Source: Dehalococcoidia bacterium (GTDB lineage Bacteria > Chloroflexota > Dehalococcoidia > Bin125). Taken from it: a stretch of 64,000 nt of DNA. Every line of letters begins with the position of its first letter. Position 1 is the stretch's first letter. The stretch spans positions 1,081,390-1,145,389 of the forward strand of contig OZ241913.1 of assembly GCA_965203775.1 (NCBI GenBank), in the 5' to 3' direction. The position numbers were made by a program, and so were the translations under genes. Shown here piece by piece: positions 1 to 9,404 of the stretch. The notes beneath the pieces were generated by a model. The model was not told where the DNA came from, did no database searches, and saw nothing but the letters and a program-made list of their open reading frames with translations.

Positions 1-91
1 CACCTTGCGCAGTTGATCCAGCGAAATCGAAGCAAGCGGCATCAGGTCCCTGCCTTTCCCGGCGTCCTTTGCGTTCCCGTCCGCCTTGATC

Positions 92-778
92 CTAACCGCC
101 CACGAACTCTCCCGCGCTCGGACACCGATCACGCAGCACGCAGGCTCCGCACGCTGGCCGCCGCGCGTGGCAGACCCGCCGCCCGTGGCGAATGATCGAC
201 ACATGGAAGTCGTAGAACTTCGCCTCCGGCATCTGCGCCTCCAGCGCCTCGTGCGCCTTCACCGCGTTCACCTTCGCCCCAATCAGCCCCAACCGCTGCG
301 ACACCCGATGCACATGCGTATCCACCGGCAGCGCCGCCCGCCCCAGCGAAAACAGCAGCACGCACGCCGCCGTCTTCGGCCCCACCCCCGGCAGCGACAC
401 CAGCCACTCCTTCGCCTCTGCAATCGGCATCGTCTCCAGGAGCGACGCATCCCAGCCCGGCCCCAGCCGCTCGCGCAGCTGCGTCAGCAGCTCCCGCATT
501 CGCGCCGCCTTGGTCGGCGCGAGACCGCCCGGCCGAATCGTCTCCTCCAACTCCGCCGGATCGCTCGCCAGCACCGCGTCCCAGTCCGCGTACCGCCCCA
601 GCAACTGCTGAAACGCCCGCCCCGAGTTCGTGTCCGACGTGTTCTGCGAAAGCAGCGTCAGCACCAGCTCGGTGACCGGATCCCCCGTCGGACGCCACGG
701 CGTCAGCGGCGCCTCCTTTGTCAGCCGATTGACAATCGCCGTCGGCCGCAAGGGCTTCACCGCGCTCACCGCGCTCAT
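92..778 (-). CDS. nth: endonuclease III (Nth, HhH-GPD base-excision glycosylase)
   Basis: HhH-GPD region and C-terminal 4Fe-4S motif CHARRPACGACVLRDRC. Start trimmed to the ATG at 776-778 (MSAVSAVKPL), which overlaps the upstream gene stop as ATGA. Confidence 0.8.
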   Translation of the reverse strand: MSAVSAVKPLRPTAIVNRLTKEAPLTPWRPTGDPVTELVLTLLSQNTSDTNSGRAFQQLLGRYADWDAVLASDPAELEETIRPGGLAPTKAARMRELLTQLRERLGPGWDASLLETMPIAEAKEWLVSLPGVGPKTAACVLLFSLGRAALPVDTHVHRVSQRLGLIGAKVNAVKAHEALEAQMPEAKFYDFHVSIIRHGRRVCHARRPACGACVLRDRCPSAGEFVGG

Positions 779-1920
779 CCCGCCGCCAGCAGACGCTGCG
801 CCGCGCCTCCGCCGGGCAACCGCCCGAGCTCCGCCGCGTAGGTGCTCTCGCCCCGCATCACCCTGAAGAACGCCCGCCACAGGTAGTTCACCGCATTCGA
901 CGCCTGCCGCGCCAGCCACGGCCAGCTCGTCGCGCAGAAGTAGTAGAGCCGCGAGATCGTCCGCGCCGCGTCCAGCTCCGGCTGAATCTCCCGGTCCACC
1001 GCCGCGCCGTATGCCGCCGCCGCATCGCCCCCGCCCAAAACCGCCCCCGCCGCCAGATTCGCCGAGTGCGCCGCGTAGGCGATCCCCTCCGCCGTGAACT
1101 CGTCGGCCAGCCCCGCCGCGTCGCCCAGCAGCAGCGCCGCGCCTTGCGCGACCGGCTCGCTGCGACTCCGCCGATAGCGGATCGGGTGCCCCGCCACCTG
1201 CTCAATCTCCGCCTCCGCCAGCCCCAGACGCTCCAGGTACCGCCCCGCCTGCCGCCGAATCTCCCGCCCCCGCCCCGGCGCCGCGACCAACCCCACCGAA
1301 AGCGCCCCCTCTTTCGGAAAGACCCAGCCGTACCCCCACGGCCGGTAGCCCACATCCACATTCGCCGCCCCCCGCCAGCGCTCAAGCGCCCCCTGCGGCG
1401 CGGCCACCTCCAGCTCATACGCCGCGCTGCGCGTGCCCCCGACGGCGAAGCCGCACTGCCGCGCGGTGATGCCCGTCGCGCCGTCCGCCGCGATCAACCA
1501 GCGCGCCGTCTCGCGCCCGCGCGGCGTCTCCACCTCGACCCCCTCCGAGCGCAGCGCGACCCCTTGCGCCGGGCAGCCGTCGCGCAGCTCCGCGCCCGCC
1601 GCGAGCGCCTCGTCCGCCAGCCACTCGTCGAACCGATCGCGCATCACCATCGCCGCCAGCGGCTCGGCCGAGCGCTTGCGAAACCAGCTCGAACCGAAGC
1701 GGCTCACCTCGATCGTGTCCACCACGCCCTCCGACACCTCCCCGATCGGCAGCCCCAGCAGCGCCTTCGTGCGCGCCGGCACGCCGCCCCCGCAGGCCTT
1801 GTAGCGCGGCAGCCGCTGCTGCTCCAGCAGCAGCGGCCGCGCGCCGCCCGCGGCCAGCCGACGCGCCGCCGTCGCGCCCGCCGGCCCCGCTCCGATCACG
1901 ATCGCGTCCCAGGCCGCCAT
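775..1920 (-). CDS. geranylgeranyl reductase family FAD-dependent oxidoreductase
   Basis: N-terminal dinucleotide-binding motif IVIGAGPAGATAARRLA. ATG at 1918-1920 preferred over the GTG at 1957-1959. Confidence 0.7.
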   Translation of the reverse strand: MAAWDAIVIGAGPAGATAARRLAAGGARPLLLEQQRLPRYKACGGGVPARTKALLGLPIGEVSEGVVDTIEVSRFGSSWFRKRSAEPLAAMVMRDRFDEWLADEALAAGAELRDGCPAQGVALRSEGVEVETPRGRETARWLIAADGATGITARQCGFAVGGTRSAAYELEVAAPQGALERWRGAANVDVGYRPWGYGWVFPKEGALSVGLVAAPGRGREIRRQAGRYLERLGLAEAEIEQVAGHPIRYRRSRSEPVAQGAALLLGDAAGLADEFTAEGIAYAAHSANLAAGAVLGGGDAAAAYGAAVDREIQPELDAARTISRLYYFCATSWPWLARQASNAVNYLWRAFFRVMRGESTYAAELGRLPGGGAAQRLLAAG

Positions 1921-1950
1921 CGCCGCAGGGTACCCCCGCGCGGCGGCGGC

Positions 1951-1956
1951 TATAAT
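1951..1956 (+). promoter_or_regulatory. candidate -10 hexamer TATAAT about 33 nt upstream of the acyl-CoA dehydrogenase ATG, with GAGGAG Shine-Dalgarno at 1977-1982
   Basis: Perfect TATAAT in an otherwise >70% GC context. No convincing -35. Confidence 0.3.
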
Positions 1957-1988
1957 CACCGCACGACGGCATCCCCGAGGAGATCGAC

Positions 1989-3170
1989 ATGGACTACAAA
2001 TTCACGACCGAGGACGAATCGTTCCGCAGCGAGGTGGTCGACTTCATCGACGGCAACTGGGTGCCGCCCCAGGGCGCCAACGAACCCGGCGACGACTCCT
2101 TCTACGAGGCCGAGCGCGCCTTCGAGAAGCGCGCCGCCAGCAAGGGCTGGCTGACGATGGCCTGGCCGACCGAATACGGCGGCCGCGGCGCGAGCCACAT
2201 CCAGCAGACCATCTACCGCGAAGAGGCCGCCTACCGCGGCGCGCCCGGCGCCGGCGGACAGGGCATCTCGATGGTCGGCCCCTGCCTCATGCTGCACGGC
2301 ACCGAAGAACAGCGCCGCGAGCACCTCCCCCGCATCGCCAACGCCGAGTCCTACTGGGCCCAGGGCTTCTCCGAGCCCGGCAACGGCTCCGACCTCGCCG
2401 GACTCCAGACCCGCGCCGTCCGCGACGGCGACGACTTTGTCATCAACGGCCAGAAAATCTGGACCTCTGGCGCCCACCACGCCGACTGGATCCACGTCCT
2501 CACCCGCACCGACCCCGAAGCCCCCAAGCACCGCGGCATCTCCTACTTCCTGCTCGACATGAACTCGCCCGGCATCGAAGTCCGACCGCTGATCAACATG
2601 CTCGGCGAGCACGGCTTCAACGAGGTCTACTTCACCGATGTCCGCGTCCCCGCCAGCAACATGCTCGGCGAGTACAACCGCGGCTGGTACGTCGCCGCCA
2701 CCCTGCTCGACTTCGAGCGCTCCGGCGTCCAGTGGTCCGCCACCTCCCGCAAGAGCATTGAGCTGATGTCCGACTACGCCGCCGACCAGGCCGGCCGCCG
2801 CGGCGGCGCCACCCTGCTCGAAGACCCCGGCGTCCGCAACGGCCTCGCCAACCTCGCCATCGAGTCCGAAATCTCCCGCCTGATCTCCTACCGCGTCGTC
2901 GACATGCAGAGCAAAGGCCTCGTCCCCAACCACGAAGCCTCCATGTCCAAGATGTTCGGCAGCGAGCTCGGCCAGCGCGTCGCCCGCTTCGGCGTCAACA
3001 TGATTGGCCTCCCCTCCCAGCGCATCGACCCCGACGACCCCGCCGCGCCGATCGCCGCTCGCCTCGGACGCTCCTACATGTCCAGCGTGCCCAGCACCAT
3101 CGCCGCCGGCACCAGCGAAATCCAGCGCAACATCATCGCCACCCGCGGCCTCGGCCTCCCCCGCCAGTAA
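1989..3170 (+). CDS. acyl-CoA dehydrogenase family protein
   Basis: 393 aa. ACAD N/M/C architecture (WPTEYGGRG..., ...TSEIQRNIIA near the C-terminus). Confidence 0.85.
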   Translation: MDYKFTTEDESFRSEVVDFIDGNWVPPQGANEPGDDSFYEAERAFEKRAASKGWLTMAWPTEYGGRGASHIQQTIYREEAAYRGAPGAGGQGISMVGPCLMLHGTEEQRREHLPRIANAESYWAQGFSEPGNGSDLAGLQTRAVRDGDDFVINGQKIWTSGAHHADWIHVLTRTDPEAPKHRGISYFLLDMNSPGIEVRPLINMLGEHGFNEVYFTDVRVPASNMLGEYNRGWYVAATLLDFERSGVQWSATSRKSIELMSDYAADQAGRRGGATLLEDPGVRNGLANLAIESEISRLISYRVVDMQSKGLVPNHEASMSKMFGSELGQRVARFGVNMIGLPSQRIDPDDPAAPIAARLGRSYMSSVPSTIAAGTSEIQRNIIATRGLGLPRQ

Positions 3171-3277
3171 ACCGCTGCGCACACCCGCGCGCCGCGCTCC
3201 CGCCCGAATTCGCGGCTTCGTGGCACGCTGGAGGTGCGTCAACCGGAAGGTGTCGCACCGGGCAGGAGGAACCCCCG

Positions 3278-3504
3278 TGACGACTGAAGACCCCGCCCTC
3301 TCGCCGCCCGCAGGCACAAAGGCCGAAGATCTGCTCAATCAGCTGGAGATCGCGCGTGCCGCCCGCGAACACGCTCGAAAGGTCCGCGCAGGCAAGCCCG
3401 TCGTCGGCCGCTGGCCGCTCAAGCCTCCGACGAAGCCCGCGGGCGCTCCCGCGGACGAGCCGGTGCCTGGATTGCTCGATCGCTGGCGACAGGGCGGCGC
3501 GTGA
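3278..3504 (+). CDS. small hypothetical protein (75 aa), translationally coupled to the downstream protease (GTGA overlap)
   Basis: GTG start after the acad stop. Its stop TGA overlaps the GTG start of the 3501 ORF. No recognisable family. Confidence 0.35.
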
Positions 3505-4349
3505 CCACATCTGGAGCCTCCGGAACCAACCCGAAACGAACGCCCCTCTTTGAGGCCGCGCAAGGGCGTCGCTATCACCGCCAGGAACTCATTCGCGAGT
3601 ACCAGGCCGCGTTTCAATGCCGCTTGGTCGTGTTTGTGGGAGAGATCAGCCCCTACAGCGTCACATTCTTCGAAGACATGTTGTACGACGCTGATCCTTC
3701 TGAAGACCTCCATGTCATCCTGAGTACGCCCGGCGGCGACGGAGAAACGGCGCTTCGACTGATTCGTCAAGCGCAGGCTCGATGCGAAGAACTGACTGTC
3801 ATTGTGCCTGATCGTGCAAAAAGCGCGGGGACGCTGTTCGTGCTTGGGGCGCATTCCATCCTGATGGGACCGAGCAGCGATCTTGGCCCAGTAGATCCGC
3901 AAATTCCGATGCCGGACCAAAGCCTGGTCGCCGCGAAGACGATCATTGCGGCCGTTGAGCACGCTGAGGAACGCATTCGGAACGACCCGAACACATTCCC
4001 GTTGTACGCATCGCTCCTGGCCGACGTCAGCGGTCTACAAGTTCAGGCGGCCCGCGAGGCGATCGAGCGATCAAACGACCTCATTCATGAAGCGCTCGCA
4101 TCATGCACAGACCGCAGCGACGATTGCGTGAATGAAATTGCCAAACAGGCGCTGCCGCGTTTGGTCAAGGAACCGCAGAGCCATGCCGCCACGATCTCAG
4201 CGCACGACGCCGAGCGATTGGGCATGCCGGTGCTCCATGCCGATCCCGCAGGCGAGCAGTGGGAGAGCATCTGGCGGCTTTGGGTGGAGTACGTCGCAAT
4301 TCCCGAGACTCATGTCTATGAAGGAGAACGAGCCTCGCACATCTTCTGA
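3501..4349 (+). CDS. SDH-family (serine dehydrogenase proteinase, ClpP/crotonase-fold, S49-like) serine protease
   Basis: Motifs LSTPGGDGETALRLI and AKSAGTLFVLGAHSILMGPSSDLGPVDPQI. Local GC about 58% against about 72% in the flanks. Confidence 0.6.
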   Translation: MTTSGASGTNPKRTPLFEAAQGRRYHRQELIREYQAAFQCRLVVFVGEISPYSVTFFEDMLYDADPSEDLHVILSTPGGDGETALRLIRQAQARCEELTVIVPDRAKSAGTLFVLGAHSILMGPSSDLGPVDPQIPMPDQSLVAAKTIIAAVEHAEERIRNDPNTFPLYASLLADVSGLQVQAAREAIERSNDLIHEALASCTDRSDDCVNEIAKQALPRLVKEPQSHAATISAHDAERLGMPVLHADPAGEQWESIWRLWVEYVAIPETHVYEGERASHIF

Positions 4350-4424
4350 TCGAAGCGGTGTCACGTAGGCATGCAGCCAGAACCGCGACATCCAACGTGC
4401 GCGGAACATGATCAGGAAACTCCC

Positions 4425-4748
4425 ATGACCGAATGGGAACGCCTCGGCGGGCTGACGGTCCGCAAATTCGATTGGGTGGATCATCTGCGCGATGACGAAG
4501 ATGTCGCCGCGTACCTCGAGGCCGCCTACGAGTGGGGCGACCCCAAATTCATCACCACATGCCTCGCGGAAGTCGCCCGCGCCTACGGCGTAGCTGAGCT
4601 TCAACGCCCCGGCAGCGACGGCGCCGAGACGCTTGGCGACGCAACAGCCGCCCTCAACACGCTGCAGGCCGCGCAGATCCTCGACCTCCTGCGCAATTTC
4701 GGCTTGCAAATGCACTCCGCCGAGCCGATCCAGACACCCACTCGCTGA
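4425..4748 (+). CDS. divergent addiction-module antidote-like protein (HigA/TIGR02684-like N-terminal region, degenerate HTH)
   Basis: FDWVDHLRDDEDVAAYLEAAYEWGDPKFITTCLAEVARAYG resembles the conserved N-terminal part of the HI1420-type antidote family. AGGAAA SD sits 6 nt before the ATG at 4425. The longer ORF from 4371 is less likely. Confidence 0.5.
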   Translation: MTEWERLGGLTVRKFDWVDHLRDDEDVAAYLEAAYEWGDPKFITTCLAEVARAYGVAELQRPGSDGAETLGDATAALNTLQAAQILDLLRNFGLQMHSAEPIQTPTR

Positions 4749-4832
4749 AGAGAAGACGCTCTGCTATCGCTTCTCTGCCTGTAAGCTGGACTCGTAGGCC
4801 GCCTTGTCTACTCCTGAACCGATCGGAGCAGC

Positions 4833-5870
4833 ATGCGTGACGGAATCGACGCCGCCCTCCACATAGTGCATCGAAACGGCCCCGAATACGGCCCCGGCGC
4901 CTCGAACCATGCGCCGATGGCGATCGAGGCGATGACCGCAATGGGGCGCGGCGGCGGCATCATTCCTTGGCTGGAGGCCTACCGCGCAGAGCTGGACGAA
5001 GCCCCGCGCAGCGTCGCCCCAATCGCGCCCGACGAGTGGCGCGAAGCCCTTTCCGATCCAACCCGCGTCACCGATTGGATCGCCTTTTTCGACCGCGAGA
5101 TCGACCAACTTGGCTGGCGCGAAGCGGTCGCCTTGTGGGTTCCCCGCCTCGCGCCCGCGCTGATCTCCCGCGCGGCCCACGGACTAATCCGAACCACCCA
5201 CGCCGCGCGCAGCCTGACCAACGCCGAAACAGCGCCGCGCTTGCACGAACTCGCCCAGGGCCTGGGCTACTGGGCTTCCACCTGGCAAACGCTGCCCGGC
5301 GAGCCCGCCGCGTTTGCCGCTCCGCGCGCGCCGTCGCAGGCCATGCAAGGCGTTCAGCGCTTGCACGAACCCGGCTTCGTCAGCCAGGGCTTGATCTGGC
5401 AGACCATGCTGCGAATGCGCGAACAACCCAACTTCGCCGATACCATCAACCTGGCCGCGCCGGGCGAAAGCGTATCGGCGTTTCTGTCCAATCTCACCCA
5501 AACCGCCGCGCACTGGTACATGAGCGACCGCACGGTACCGTTCGTGTTCGTCCACACCGTAACCGCGCCGAGCGCGTTGCGCTTTGTTACACCGTATCTC
5601 TCGGACGCCAATGCGCGGCTGGCCGCCCGTTACGCCTGGCAAGCCTGCGCCGCCATGTACGCCTGGTACATGCTCGAAGAGCCGAACCCTGCCTACGATA
5701 CCGACGCCGAACTGCCCGGGCGGGACGACCTGATCGACCGCGCAATCCACGCCGCCGGCCCGCACGCAATCAAATTCACCGAAGCCTGCCTGCGCGAGTA
5801 CGAACTCAACCCCAACCCAATCTATCTGCATGCCGCCCACGACGCCACGGAGCGGATCGGCGACGGCTAA
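4833..5870 (+). CDS. hypothetical protein (345 aa), possibly DUF4243/questin-oxidase-like
   Basis: Long ORF with non-repetitive composition. Family call is from memory only. Confidence 0.45.
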   Translation: MRDGIDAALHIVHRNGPEYGPGASNHAPMAIEAMTAMGRGGGIIPWLEAYRAELDEAPRSVAPIAPDEWREALSDPTRVTDWIAFFDREIDQLGWREAVALWVPRLAPALISRAAHGLIRTTHAARSLTNAETAPRLHELAQGLGYWASTWQTLPGEPAAFAAPRAPSQAMQGVQRLHEPGFVSQGLIWQTMLRMREQPNFADTINLAAPGESVSAFLSNLTQTAAHWYMSDRTVPFVFVHTVTAPSALRFVTPYLSDANARLAARYAWQACAAMYAWYMLEEPNPAYDTDAELPGRDDLIDRAIHAAGPHAIKFTEACLREYELNPNPIYLHAAHDATERIGDG

Positions 5871-5899
5871 ATGCGTAGAACGTGAACAGCCCCAAGACC

Positions 5900-6800
5900 T
5901 GTTCACACTAATCACGCCCTCCACCCCTCCCTCCGTCATTCCTGCGCAGGCAGGAACCCAGGCGACCACCAGCGCCTGCGCTCGCCACCGGTATCTCGCC
6001 ACGCCCACCACCCCCCCAACACCCACCCCTTCCCCAATTCATCCCTCCCCCCTTCCAGGGGGGAGGTGAGGAGGGGGGTGGGCAGCCACGCCAACGCACC
6101 AAGCGCACCCAGCCCCAATCCCGACGCCACCCCTCCGTCGCACCCGCCCCAACCGTCATACCCCCGCCCCCTCTGTCACTCCTGCGCCCTCTTCCGTCAT
6201 TCCTGCGCAGGCAGGAACCCAGGCGACCACCAGCGCCTGCGCTCGCCACCGGTATCTCGTCACGCCCACCACCCAGCCAACACCCACCCCTTCCCCAATT
6301 CATCCCTCCCCCCTACTAGGGGGGAGGTGAGGAGGGGGGTGGGCAGCCACAAGCCAACGCACCAAACGCGCCCTGCCCCGATCCCTACCCCACACCTCCA
6401 TCGCCCCCGCCCCAACCGTCATACCCGCGCCCCTCTGTCACTCCTGCGCCCCCCTCCGTCATTCCTGCGCAGGCAGGAACCACGCGACCCCCAACCTACC
6501 CCCAAATCCACCCCCCACACGCATCCCTCCTCACACCCCCCAACACCCACCCCTTCCCCAATTCATCCCTCCCCCCCTACCAGGGGGGAGGTGAGGTGGG
6601 GGGTGAGAAGCCACGAGCCAACGCCCCAAGCGCACCCAGCCCCAATCCCTACGCCACACCTCCATCGCCCCCGCCCCCTCCGTCATCCTTGCACCTCCTC
6701 CGCCGCACCCGCCCCCTTCCGTCATTCCTGCCCCCTCCGTCATTCCTGCGCCCCCTTCGTCATTCCTGCGCAGGCAGGAACGGAAGGAAAGAGCGCAAAC
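5900..6800. repeat. tandem triplication (about 260 bp unit) of composite REP-like element (module A + module B)
   Basis: Three near-identical units starting near 5930, 6190 and 6450. Each holds GTCATTCCTGCGCAGGCAGGAAC and CCCTTCCCCAATTCATCCCTCCCCCC..GGGGGGAGGTGAGG. Confidence 0.9.
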
Positions 6801-6801
6801 C

Positions 6802-7284
6802 CTAACCCCCAGCAGTTTCCAAATCCCTGAGATGCTTCCGAACATGCCCCACCGTCACCCCGATCAACACCTCCAGCAGCGTCCCCTCAACGCCCCCCGC
6901 CGACCGCGTCCGCTGCGCCAGCAGCGCATCCTCCGCGCCGGCCACCGCCTCGATCGTCGCCGCCCGGTTGCGCCCAAACTCCTCCAGCAACTCCTCGATG
7001 CCCGCCTCCACCCGCTTCGCCACCTGCCGCTCGTTGTACGCATCCATATCAAACGTCCCGCCCGCCGAGCTGTCCGAACCGCCCGCTTCCGCCCGCTCGA
7101 TCAGCCGCGGATACGTCCACTCGATCGCCGCCAGGTGCGCCAGCAACTGCCGCGCGTTCCAGCCGTTCTCATACACCCCGCGCTCCAACTCCGCCTCCTC
7201 AATTGCCCCAACCACCTCCGGCAGCCGCCCGGCGTCCTCCCGCAGCGCCGCCAGCAACTCCTCGCGCGTGCGAAGCTCGCTCAT
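6802..7284 (-). CDS. DinB_2 / mycothiol-dependent maleylpyruvate-isomerase-N-terminal-like family protein
   Basis: Start at MSELRTREELLAAL (ATG complement at 7282-7284). The long N-terminal extension in the 6-frame ORF is repeat-derived. ATGA overlap with the upstream SDR. Confidence 0.65.
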   Translation of the reverse strand: MSELRTREELLAALREDAGRLPEVVGAIEEAELERGVYENGWNARQLLAHLAAIEWTYPRLIERAEAGGSDSSAGGTFDMDAYNERQVAKRVEAGIEELLEEFGRNRAATIEAVAGAEDALLAQRTRSAGGVEGTLLEVLIGVTVGHVRKHLRDLETAGG

Positions 7285-8162
7285 TCGCCCGCGTCCGGAT
7301 CGAGCGGCGGGAACTCCGCCCCCGTCAGCTCCGCGCTGATTCGCCAGAGCGCCGCGGCCGCCTCCGCATCCCGCGAGGCCGCGTTGCCCGGCCGACGCTT
7401 GCTCCGCTCGAAGTACTCCCCGCCCTGCTCTCGCATTTCCGCCTCCACCGCCGCCTCCACGACCGGCGACGCGCCTTGCCGAGGCGTCAACATGAACGGG
7501 AGCTTCTGCATCGCCCGCCAGGCCAGCCCGAACACGCCGTCCAGATCGCCGTCCCGCCCCAACTGCGTCCGCACCGCGCCCGGATGCACCGCCACGCTCG
7601 TCAGCCCCCGCCCCCCGTAGCGCCGCTGCAACTCCCGCGTGAACAGGATGTTGCCCAGCTTCGACGACGCATACGGATACACCCGCCCCCAGCGCCGCTC
7701 CAGCGTGGGATCGTCCAGCGGAAACCCGTTCGCCCGCCGATGCAGCACCGAAGACACATTCACCACCCGCGCATCGTCCGACTCCAACACCCGCTCCAGC
7801 AGCAGCCCCGTCAGCAGAAAGTGTCCGAAATGATTCACCTGTAGTGTCCGCTCGATCCCGTCCTCCGTCAGCGCCCGCTCCGACACGTTGATCCCCGCGT
7901 TGTTGATCAGCACATCGATCCGCTCCAGCCGCTCCAGCGCCTCCGCCGCGCATTCCCGCACCGACGCGAAGCTGGCCAGGTCCAGATCGAGCAGGGACGG
8001 CTCAGCCCCCTCGCCGGCCGCGCGAATCCGCTCCAGCGCCGCTTCTCCGCGCCCTGCGTCCCGCGCCGTGATCGCTACCGCCCAGCCCTGCTGTCGCAGC
8101 GCAATCGCCGCCCACAGCCCAATCCCGCTGTTCGCCCCCGTGATCAGCGCCGTGCGTGTCAT
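7281..8162 (-). CDS. SDR family NAD(P)-dependent oxidoreductase
   Basis: TGANSGIG glycine-rich motif and YxxxK (YASSK). Confidence 0.8.
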   Translation of the reverse strand: MTRTALITGANSGIGLWAAIALRQQGWAVAITARDAGRGEAALERIRAAGEGAEPSLLDLDLASFASVRECAAEALERLERIDVLINNAGINVSERALTEDGIERTLQVNHFGHFLLTGLLLERVLESDDARVVNVSSVLHRRANGFPLDDPTLERRWGRVYPYASSKLGNILFTRELQRRYGGRGLTSVAVHPGAVRTQLGRDGDLDGVFGLAWRAMQKLPFMLTPRQGASPVVEAAVEAEMREQGGEYFERSKRRPGNAASRDAEAAAALWRISAELTGAEFPPLDPDAGE

Positions 8163-8165
8163 CGC

Positions 8166-8393
8166 TCACTCATCTCTTCGCCGCGCCTCAGGATGGCCGT
8201 CGGCTGAATCCATCGCGCCACCGGACTGCTCCGCAACTTGGCTCATTCCGCGCGAGCGAGCGATGTCTCCGAGCGCTTTCGCGACGAGCATCGGGTCGCC
8301 CTCCTCCAGCGCCGCGTTCAGATACGCAAGACGATTAGCCTCGTCTCCGAGATAATCCGCTGCGTCCCAGCGATAGGTCTCGATTCTTGCCAT
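8166..8393 (-). pseudogene. truncated/decayed addiction-module antidote (TIGR02684-like) remnant
   Basis: WDAADYLGDEANRLAYLNAALEEGDPMLVAKALGDIARSRGMSQVAEQ matches the antidote-family N-terminus, but the C-terminal HTH part is degenerate and the ORF is only 75 aa. Confidence 0.45.
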
Positions 8394-8405
8394 CAGGGTC
8401 GCCCA

Positions 8406-9404
8406 TCAGGATCGCCTTGCAGCCAGAGTAGCAAACCACTCCACCGCCTCCCCAAACGCCTCCTCCAGCGGCGTCTGCGGCAGCCCCAACTCCTCAATCG
8501 CCTTGCTCACGTCGTACCACTGCCGCCGCCGACTGATCCGCACCCCCGCGACCGTCGCCCGCGGCGCCCGCCGCGCGAGCGCGCACCAGCCCTCCTCAAC
8601 CACCGCCCAGCCAAACGCCGCCTGCCACGGAATCGCCGCCCGCGGCGGCGTTGCCCCGCTCAGCGCCGCCGCCCGCTCGATGATCTCCCGCAGCGTCAGA
8701 TTCCCCTCCGCGTGCCCCAGGATGTAGCGCTCCCCAACCTTCCCCCGCTGCGCCGCCAGCACATGCCCCCGCGCCACATCCCGCACATCCGCCACATTCA
8801 GCCCCGCGCTGCCGATATAGGCCGGCATCCGACCGCTCGCCGCGTCCGCGATCAGCCGACCCGTCGGCGTCGGCTTGCGATCCAGCGCCCCGATCGGCGC
8901 CGTCGGCAGCACCGCCACCGCCGGCAGACCCTCCGCCGCGACCATCCGCTGCACCAGCCGCTCGCTTACGATCTTGCTCCGCTCATACGGCCCCGGCGCA
9001 TTCTTCGCCGCCGCCCACTGCCGCTCATCCGCGACGCCGCCCGTCGAGCCGATCGCCGCCACCGACGATGTATGCACCACCCGCTCCACACCCTGCCGCA
9101 GCGCCGCTCGCATGATTCGCTCCGTCCCCAGCACGTTCGCCCGCCAGACATCGCGCCGCGCGCCGCGCGACAGGTCGTACCGCGCCGCGACGTGAAACAG
9201 CGTGTCCACCCCCGCCAGCGCCCGATCCAGCGACGCCTCGTCCGTCACATCGCCTTCAACCACCTCGACGGGCAGCCCTTCAACGTTGGCCCGATCGCTG
9301 CCCGCCCGAACCAGCGCCCGCGCTTCGGCCCCGGCCTCCAGCGCCGCCCGCAGCACATGCGCCCCGATAAAACCGCTCGCGCCCGTCACCAGCGCCAACT
9401 GCAT
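8406..9404 (-). CDS. hpnA: NAD-dependent epimerase/dehydratase, hopanoid-associated sugar epimerase (HpnA)-like
   Basis: LVTGASGFIGAHV Rossmann motif. Adjacent to an HpnG-like phosphorylase. ATG at 9402-9404. Confidence 0.6.
   Translation of the reverse strand: MQLALVTGASGFIGAHVLRAALEAGAEARALVRAGSDRANVEGLPVEVVEGDVTDEASLDRALAGVDTLFHVAARYDLSRGARRDVWRANVLGTERIMRAALRQGVERVVHTSSVAAIGSTGGVADERQWAAAKNAPGPYERSKIVSERLVQRMVAAEGLPAVAVLPTAPIGALDRKPTPTGRLIADAASGRMPAYIGSAGLNVADVRDVARGHVLAAQRGKVGERYILGHAEGNLTLREIIERAAALSGATPPRAAIPWQAAFGWAVVEEGWCALARRAPRATVAGVRISRRRQWYDVSKAIEELGLPQTPLEEAFGEAVEWFATLAARRS

Noticed and set aside
6066-6830. Pro/Thr/Ser-rich ORFs (e.g. 6066..6830, 5908..6303, 40207..41271, 25364..26620) lying entirely in repeat arrays
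   Set aside because: They are encoded by tandem REP-like modules (the same peptide words recur wherever the repeat occurs). They have no start context and run in both orientations. They are translation artefacts of repeats.
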